A stretch of DNA of 48,714 nt, the filler included, from Bipalium vagum (lineage: Eukaryota), in assembly GCA_037834085.1 (NCBI GenBank). It is 2 parts of 2 records of this genome, joined end to end, with 100 filler letters (N's around TTAATTAATTAA, not from the genome) between each part and the next. Parts side by side here need not be neighbours in the genome. Positions count along the whole stretch, not along the records: positions 25,411 to 48,714 come from JBBMKC010210817.1; 1 more part is not named here. One strand, given 5' to 3'. The position numbers were made by a program, and so were the translations under genes. This document shows positions 40,180 to 48,714 of the stretch, piece by piece. How positions within the stretch are numbered: the stretch's first letter is position 1; each line of letters begins with the position of its first letter. The notes under the pieces are model-generated. The model was not told where the DNA came from. It searched no databases and saw only the letters and a program-made list of their open reading frames with translations.

Positions 40180-41290
40180 TGATAGGATGTTTGTAAATAA
40201 AATTATATTTAATCATTAAATGATAGTTAATCGGTTATTTTTTTAAATAATATCTTTGATAGACACTTAAAATATCCAAAAATGGATGCACATAATACAT
40301 ATATTAGACACTGTCTACTATATGAATTTGACTGGGGGTCTAGTGCAAGAGTTGCTCAATTAAGGATAAAAGAAATTAATGGGAAGATTGGATTGACGGA
40401 GATCCAATATAAATAGTTCAATCGATTTAGAAATGGCGAAAGAAGCCTAGTAAACTTAACTGTCGATTTCTGGAAAACTAGTCGATTGTCGAATCTGGAT
40501 AATTGAGTTGTACGACATATGGTCTAATCGGATCCTAGACAAACAACCACAGAAAAGACTGTTAATCTTCATTGTAGTCATCAGATTATCCGCGATCATC
40601 TGAACCTTATTCAGAAGTCATACAGATATAGGTTATGGATTCAAAAAATTTAACAAATGAGCAGATATTTATTAAAATTATGATTTCAAATGTAAATCTA
40701 TAAAAACATACTGAAGAACCATTTTGGTAGAAAATTGTAACTTTGGAAGAAAAGTGAATTCTTTATGAGAACCTAGATTATCATTGACAACGGTTTTCTA
40801 CAGTATCGACTTCAATTCCAACTGCAAGAGGACCAATACACGGTAAAACGTGTTTGTTATGTGTATGGTGGGACTGAAAGGGAATTATATATTAGAATGT
40901 GCTCGATAATGGGCAAACTTTTTACTGAAATAGCTACTGTCAACTATTGGACTGACTGGCTGATGCATTCTTGATAACTTGCTCAGATTTAATCAATAGA
41001 AAAGATGTTATCCTTCTATACAATAATGATAGGCCATACATCTCCGAAGTTACTCAACCAAAGATCCGTGAGTTGGAGTATGAAGTGTTGATTCACGCAG
41101 TTCCTAGCTCTGACATCTCGCCATTAGATTATTATTTTTTTTCGATTATTGCAGCACTTTTTTAAAGATAAAACATTTTTCAACAATGATGAGTTAAAAT
41201 CCAGCTGCAATCTTTTTTTACATGAAAAGTCTATTATATATTTAGCCAGTGGAATCCAGTCCTTAATGGAAAAGACTTGATATTATTTTG
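40180..41290 (+). mobile_element. Degenerate mariner transposon
   Basis: IRHCLLYEF N-terminus, IVTLEEK*ILYEN, LLCVWWD.KGIIY, LLYNNDRPY and HAVPSSDISPLDYYFF. Confidence 0.8.
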
Positions 41291-41416
41291 TATTTAACAC
41301 ATGTTATTTTAAAACCTTTTGATCACCAGTTTCTTCTCGGGACTTATAATCAATTGTTTTATCAATTTAATTTATTTTAGTTTTAAAGTTTTTATTAATT
41401 ATTATATTAATATATT

Positions 41417-42230
41417 TAAGGTTTTCAAATTAACAACTGCACTATTATTAAATTGACGGCTTCACATTTTTAGCAAATAGACATGACAATATATGAGCCA
41501 ACAAAAGAATGTTTCCGGCATTTCAAGTTATTATTCATTTTAAAGAACACTTCAAGTGAAATTCATCGCCTATTTTTTAAAGAATATAGTGAATATACTG
41601 GTTCTCAGGAATATTTCGAGAGATGGTTCAACCAATTTAGAAAAGGTGATTTTTACTTAAAAGATAAAGAACGACAAGATCAACTGAAATAATTAAAGAG
41701 GATATTACTCAGACACAAAAACAACTAGCCAATCAGTTTAATGTATCTCAACATGTCATTTGCAATCATCTACATAAAATGGGAAAGATTCAAGTCGAAG
41801 GAAAATGGATGCCACCTGAATTCAATGAGAAAATGATGGTGAAACGAAAAAAATTTGCGAAATCTTATTGAAAAAAGTGTTTACTTTTATAATCTAAAAC
41901 ACAAAAGATAATGGATTTATCCGGAACAGCTAGGAATTTCTATTGCAAGAGCAATATTTTTGAAAGAAAAGCTTACTATGCATCTGGTGGAACTGGTAGA
42001 GGGTGGTCTTCTTTAGATATTAGAACGTGATGAAAAATTAGACAGTTTTCATTAAGCTCAGAAATTGCTAAAACTGAATATATTACTGAGGAAAAACGGC
42101 CAAAATGGATTGATAAATACGATATAGTGATTTTGTTGCATGACAATGCTTGATCTCATGTGGCAAAATCTGTCAATGAATCGATAGAGGTAATTGGATT
42201 ACTTGCCTTATCTGATATATTCTCGAGAAC
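41417..42230 (+). mobile_element. Degenerate Mos1-like mariner transposon
   Basis: ORF 41483 (YEPTKE..R...SEIHRL...ERWFNQFRKGDF.LKDKER) resembles the Mos1 N-terminus; GKWMPPEF and LLHDNA*SH follow downstream. Confidence 0.8.
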
Positions 42231-42929
42231 AATGATCAAATTGATAATGGCAGGATATTTATTAATCATGGGTTCTCAGTAGTATTAATAAAGTAATAAC
42301 AGTTTATGTATTAGTATACTGATATAAGTAAATAAAATTAATCCTTCTATTCATCAGTTTATAAATAACAAAATAAATAAAATCGGATATAAATTTTGTA
42401 TTATTTTGTACGGCAGTCACACCTACCTTGAAATGTACAAACTATTTTGTTTAAGTTTATTGTTTGAAACGTTTTTATTTAACTTCAAAGAATGGTTTTC
42501 TCAAATGAAAGTTAATCAATGACATTTCTGTATAGGAAAATGATAAATATTTACTAAAAGGATACATATATCTTCCCAAAAGGAACTGGGGGAGTTTTCA
42601 GTTTCAACACGTAAAAAAATAAGGTTTTATACTTTGGATGGTCGGAGAGTTCTTGATTATCTAGGTTGCAATCTATTTATAATTTGTTAACAAAAGCATC
42701 GGTTTAAGATAAGTATTACATTATTCAAAAAATTGATTAATTAATTATTGATTGAATAATTATTAGGTCGATACATAAATATTGCCGTTTTTATGGAAAC
42801 TTTAAACAAAAAAAAATGACAAAGAAAAGATATATTAACTAAATAAATATACTCTACTATCTTCTCCTATATCATTACATTTACTATGTCATTTCAAAAT
42901 GACATCTTTATAAAACTTTACAGGCTTGG

Positions 42930-43600
42930 AATAAAAAATTTCTTGAATACCTACAGCTTCATAAGAAAAGAACTTTTTTTCCAATCAAGACATGTTGCAC
43001 TGAGAAAGTGCAGCCGGAATATGAGGAAGAGATAAAAGTTCTGCACTTTATGTGATTGTGAATTATCCTGATTAAAAACAAATCTTTCTATTAGCCAAAA
43101 ATAGGACCTTTCTTCAATTTAACCTTTCAATCTCTTCAAATAAAAAAAATTGTAGTAGCTCATAATTCATAATATCCCTAAGGAATCACCAATACCTAAA
43201 TTTTCATTTACTAATGAAGATTTGGTTTTACAGAGATTTATGTTATTTGTAAGTTATATCACTGCATATTTATGTCTTACTTTTTCTACCAATCTGCTTT
43301 AAATGTCAGCTAATTGTTTTCATGTTGATTTCCAATTTTCAATTCATTCCAACCAGTGCGTGGCATGGATCTTTATATTTGATGCTTTTATAACATCAGT
43401 ATCCACAACCGGCGATAGGAGTGTCTGCTAAATCAAAATATCCGGCTTCGAATCAGAAAAATAAGCTTTGACATATTTTGAACTTAAGAAATTCCGTATA
43501 GATTTTCTTAATTGACGTTGAAGCCTCTGATGCTGTTTTAGAATGAAGATAGTTGTAAAACGTAAAATTTTATTTGTGATCTTCATTCAACATTTTCTCT
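42930..43600 (-). mobile_element. Possible hAT-like transposase relic
   Basis: Minus-strand LLSLPHIPA..SQCN resembles the hAT dimerization-domain LSLPH..A..ER.FS motif; otherwise heavily decayed. Confidence 0.3.
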
Positions 43601-45546
43601 ATCATTTTGACAGATTAATACATATTAAACTGTTTCAAAAATATCAAGAGTTAAACCGATTTCATAAGAGCTCCAAAAAATGATTTTGATATATTTAAAC
43701 AATTTATTAACTTAATAAATAGGGTTTATTAAGAACATGAAATTACTTATGTATCGGCATAATACGTATAATGTTTGAACGCATCGGCTTGACAAATAGC
43801 TCAGTTCAGTTTTAAAGAATAAAATTAAACTGTTACTTATAGTTTGAAAAAATAATTTTAATAAAAAATTTTAAAAATCTCTATTTAAGTATTAGGTATA
43901 TGCATAAATATTAAACCATTTTCTTAATCTTTGTTTAAAAAAATCAACAATAGTCAAACAAAAAAAAATAAATTAATTTAAATTGTATATTTATTGAAAA
44001 AAATTTTTACTGTAATTGTTATAGAATATCCAACACTTCTGAATTTAGAAATGAGATGAATGACGAAAACATATGAATGCCACATGAACTCTAAGAAATC
44101 AACATGCATCTTGATAGGTAAAGAAAAAGTAATATGTTAAGTGACAATTTTAAACAATAAAATTCTTAATATAAAGAATATCACAAATTTATAGAAATAA
44201 AAAATGTGATTTAAAATTAAGAAATATCTAGGTCCAAATATTATCACTATAAATTACATAATTGACTAATCCAATCTGAATGTAAGAAAAAACCGGAAAA
44301 ATTAAACACGAGGTAGATTTTTATTTACTTATTTTAAAATTGCTTTTTATATAAAACTTGATTAATAAAAGTAGTAAAATAAATCGTACTAAAATGTTGA
44401 TATTGATTGATGTGTACAAAATAGACATTGGAAGTTGATAGAATTATAAAGAAATTATGATATTGAAAGTCCCATTTTGAAATATTACTTTTAAAAAGCA
44501 GCAATTATAACATCAAAGATTTTTATCAAGTATTTCCTGTAAAATGTATCATTTTAAAAATTTCCTTTTAAAATATGAAAGATTTAATTCAATGTGGTAA
44601 AATATAACTAATGCATCTCATGTTGATATGAAATCTATAATTCCTCACATAATTATAACCTAGTATTAGGATTGAAATAACCGTAATGTTTATAGCTGAT
44701 CTAAATTACATGACAATTATTATTTTTATCTAATCAATAATCAAAATCAATAGATGGATAATGTTATATAATATTTATAATATTGCATTTTATAAATATG
44801 TTCAGATTAAAAATATGTTCATTAAAATCACTCGACTTATTTGTTGGGTTTACCCAAGACACATACCCAGTAGGTAATCTTAAGAAAAGCCACGAGAAGA
44901 GTCCATATATTATAACAATAATTAAAAAGTTATTAATAATTAACCATTTTGAAATACATTTTGAAAGCTTGTTTATTTTTTATGATTTCAGACATCAAAA
45001 ATGAAATTGCCGTAGCTAACAACTAGAGTTTGATGAACTATGATTTCTAGAATTGAAAAGAAATTAGCATTTTTTATCACACGTAATAAATATCATCGGA
45101 AAACCCCTCAGTAGAATTCAGTCTTTATCATATTATTTTTTCAAAATAATTTTTTCTAATGTCAAATTATTTCTTTGTAAAAACATCTTTAATAGAATCT
45201 AACATTGAATTTGATTAATTAGATATATAATTAATAATGATGATAAAAATAATATTATTAATAAAATAACAACTGTAAAGGATTTTATAACCAAATACTC
45301 AACTTTTACTGATGATATTTTTGAAAAAAGATTTTGTTTACCTTGTGGTTTTATTATTTTTTCATTATTCATTATTTTTTTCATGGTATTATAATTCTGA
45401 ACCTACTTTCCATTGCACAGTTAGCAGATGAGAAAACAGTAGTAGTTAATTGAAATAAAATGATAATTCTATACAAATTAATAAGCAAAATATAAAAAAT
45501 TAATTTAAAATATTTTTATTGTAATTTTATGATTATGATGTGTCTG

Positions 45547-45547
<1 letters not shown>

Positions 45548-45614
<67 letters not shown>

Positions 45615-45632
45615 AATTATTATTATTATTAT
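45548..45632. repeat. (ATT)n microsatellite
   Basis: Tandem repeat; the source of the poly-Ile ORF 45529-45717. Confidence 0.9.
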
Positions 45633-45799
45633 AAATCTGCATTTTTTATTTTATTTCCTATTCCTATTTTATTATTTCCTATTCTCTTTCTCATTACAAA
45701 GTTTTCAGTCAATTTAATTTACATCTTTTAATAATAAATTAATCAAGTTATGATAGTTTATATTAAAATTAAATTTCTCAATTTTTTAAACTTTGAAAG

Positions 45800-48088
45800 G
45801 TATGTTGAAGGAGAAAACCTGCTTGTAGCAAGCAAATACATTTTCCAACGATATTTAAATTTGGAGGACAAGGACTATTTATTGTGCCCGGATCAAATCA
45901 ACAGCATAATCTGCCTGCCATTAGACAAGAATAACGACGTAATTCCGATCTTAGCTTGTAGAGATCGTGTGTTACGAGTTATTGAAGTAAAAATAAAAGA
46001 TATATTTTTCTTATTTAAACATAATTAGAATTCAAAAATCAAATATGAATTGGAGGTCGGAGGACAGCCGACCGTATTATGTCTCAATTTTAACGATGGC
46101 GGTCTAAATGGAAACGAAATTGTTTACGGTACGGCAGATGGAAGAATCGGCCTGGTAATTATTGAGGAGTAATTGATTTTTGTTTTTTTTGAATTAATTA
46201 ATATTAAATTAATTAATTAAAAATGCAAAAAATAAAAAAAAAATAAAAAAAAAAATAAAATAATACTAAAAAATCATATTGTATAAAATTTGGTTTTAAT
46301 TTATTTCATTAATTTGTTTTAATTTTATTTTTTTTCGGACATTCTCCATTATATATGAGAATATCTTGCATTAATTAATCTTAAATTTTTTGATTATTTT
46401 AATGTATAAATATTAATCTAATGTCTCTTTTGAAATATTTTTATCATTTTTAATGATTAATACAAGATTGATTATTTTTAACGTTTTTAAAACTATTTCT
46501 CGTTTTGTAAATTTTACTCTGAACACTACCATTTTCATTAAGATTAAGAATGTTTTTATGGTAGTACATGTGAATTATTTTGACTTGACATTTGGTCGTT
46601 AAATAAAAATTAAAATAGAGGGGATAAAACATTTTATTGTCCAAAATAAGCTCTATGGTATTTAATAAAATTCTATCGGAATTCTTTCAAAGTTGTTAAG
46701 TTTATAATTATAATTATTTATTATTATTACTTATTATATTACTCATTATAAATTATATAAAGTGATAATTTTAATAATTTGAATGTCATATTTTGAATTC
46801 TTTAAAATTCTAAAATTAAGAGATGTGGATTCCAATGATTAAAGCTTTGTTTTAGAGTTCATTTTCCTTATAAATCTTTTTATTTTACATTAATTATCAA
46901 GGCTTTTATGATTGTTATTTTAACCTTACTTGGAAATGTCATGATGTTTTGATCTTTAAGACCACTTTCATCGAATTGTTTGCAGTAAGATTGAGAATTA
47001 AGAGAAATACTTTACAAGTTTATGATTCTTGAGACTCAAACAGGATTAAAAGATATCACAAAACATGAATATCTCTGTTAATTGTAAATTAGTTGGATTA
47101 ATACCGGGATTCGAATCCCGGACGTTTCAAATTCGTATGGACTTCTTTGACCTCTAAGCTATGTCCCCCGACCAATTTTCAATTAACCTTACATTCCCGT
47201 CCTTTAAAGATTACATTCAGGCCCCGTCTTTTACTTCCATTTCATTTCCTTTACTTCGCGTTTCACTTTCGAGATCTCGTCCGCTGCTTGGTCTTCAGGT
47301 GTGGTCATTATGTTAGTTGAAAATTTATCGAAGATACGGGTATTCGAACGGGACGTTTCAAATACGCATGGACTGTTCTGACCACTAAGCTAAATACCTC
47401 GACCAACTTTCAAGTAATCTCACAATCTCAGTATAAATATGTATCATTAATGAACAAGAAAGTATACATGTGAAGCTTAATTATCCTAATAAATTATTTT
47501 ATAAAAATATTGATTATTTATTTACGCTAAAAATAATTTGTATAAATATTTAATTTTATATTGATGTATCAAATTTTTTTTGAATATGGGATCAAACTAA
47601 TTTTTTTTCAGTTGTTTATATTGATTTTTTTAAAATTTGTGTTGGTCTGCATGTTTCCCTAAAGGATATTAAGCTAGTTGATTTTTAAATATATATATTG
47701 TTAAATTTTCAGTTACATTAAAGCTTTCTATCTTTCATTTTCAACGAGAATAATGCCTGTCATTAAGAGATCGACCTTGTCACAAATGGGAGATGACATC
47801 TGACACAGAATCCGGTTCGGTTTCTTGTATAAATTTCTATGACATTACTGGTGATGGGATCTGTGAAATGATTATAGGGAGAGATAACGGCCAAGTGGAA
47901 ATTTATCATATGGACGGAGACATGGAGCCATTTCTCATTTATGAAAATGTAATTTTTAAACTGTTTAAATGTAATCGAACTTTTCTGAAATGAACAATTT
48001 AAGAATATCAATCAAACCATTACTTCAATTCATGGCGGACGATTTGGCAACTCTAACTATGCAGAAATTTTATGCACTACATATTCAG
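45800..48088 (+). CDS. BBS7: Bardet-Biedl syndrome 7 (BBSome subunit), internal exons; gene continues beyond the window
   Basis: Exons 45800-45986, 46029-46168, 47768-47948 and 48004-48088, GT-AG and in phase. Peptides DQINSIICLP, PILACRDRVLRV, EVGGQPTVL, YGTADGRIGL, YDITGDGICEMIIGRDNGQVEIY and ITSIHGG..YAEILCTTYSG match BBS7. Confidence 0.92.
47076..47424 (-). mobile_element. Complete 349-bp TRIM (non-autonomous LTR retrotransposon) with tRNA-derived LTRs, in a BBS7 intron
   Basis: Direct repeats 47076-47193 and 47311-47424, each TGT..ACA and containing A/B-box tRNA-like sequence. 117-bp internal region; minus-strand PPT AAAGGACGGGAA abuts the 3' LTR. TSD ATCTC at 47071-47075 and 47425-47429. 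Confidence 0.85.
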
Positions 48089-48640
48089 GTTGGGGAGATA
48101 GAGATATTGATTGATTTTAAATAGTTATATTGATTTAAATTTTTTTAAAAAATATTTTACTGAGTTAAATTATGTGAAGAATTATTGATTTTCTAAATTA
48201 AAATGTTATTAACTAAAGGTTTATTTTGAAATTAATAAGAATTATGTTATTGCTTATTTAACATTTTATAGTAAAATAATGTTAAATTCAGATATTTGTG
48301 AATGTAATGGAAAATCATGAAGATAATCTATTGATTTACATTTTTTTATTTGAAAATTGTTTTTTGAGAATTGAAAACATTTGATACAACGGATTGCTCT
48401 TATGGATAGGTATAGAATAAAGATGACCTTTCAACTGAAACTTATATTTACTGCCTTTTTAAATCCCTATTCTACTTAAGTAATAATAAACAATATTTAT
48501 TTTTTGAAGTTTGAGCTAAATATTGGCTTATAAAAGTAAGTACGTATCATGACAACTGTCTAAATGTAAAATTATTTATTCGTATTTGTTTAATAATTTT
48601 TTTCAGTGAGCAGTTCCCGGTTTTTATTTTAATGAATCTA

Positions 48641-48714
48641 TTAGGTTGTCCCATATGAAATGTCCGATTACAAAACGAATTTTTTAAACTATTATAATTC
48701 ATATAATATTTAAC
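48641..48714. mobile_element. Start of a mariner-type TIR at the window end
   Basis: TA followed by TTAGGTTGTCCCATATGAAATGTCCG, typical of mariner termini. Confidence 0.5.

Noticed and set aside
44783-45004. Candidate missing BBS7 5' exon (KITRL-like peptide in an alternative frame)
   Set aside because: Similarity is limited to a few residues and the flanking sequence does not fit BBS7.
45529-45717. Poly-Ile ORF
   Set aside because: (ATT)n microsatellite.
47076-47424. Tandem tRNA genes, a tRNA SINE dimer or a CRISPR-like repeat-spacer unit
   Set aside because: TG..CA termini, PPT, a single 5-bp TSD around the pair and a solo copy with its own TSD fit an LTR element; there is no tail, array or cas gene.

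Overview
Very AT-rich eukaryotic scaffold, probably animal, with spliceosomal GT-AG introns and one 100-bp scaffold gap containing an artificial six-frame-stop linker. Five spliced genes can be built by hand: a threonine synthase-like 2 gene (- strand, 7 exons, runs off the left edge), a RUSC-type RUN-domain protein (3 coding exons, ~946 aa), a standalone signal-peptide-bearing staphylococcal-nuclease (thermonuclease) gene (3 exons, 184 aa), a Tctex1-domain dynein light chain (2 exons, 185 aa) and four internal exons of BBS7. Introns and intergenic DNA hold decayed mariner, Tc1, pogo/Tigger, Merlin (IS1595-like), Ty3/Gypsy and probably hAT elements plus (ATT)n microsatellites. Two observations stand out. 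(1) A 349-bp non-autonomous LTR retrotransposon (TRIM) whose ~115-bp LTRs are each built around a tRNA-Ala-like Pol III cassette. It occurs as a complete element (47076-47424, TSD ATCTC, polypurine tract) and as a solo LTR (37833-37946, TSD CCGTA). (2) An intron-containing, catalytically intact, bacterial-style secreted thermonuclease that is a candidate horizontal acquisition. All family assignments come from motif recognition, not database searches.
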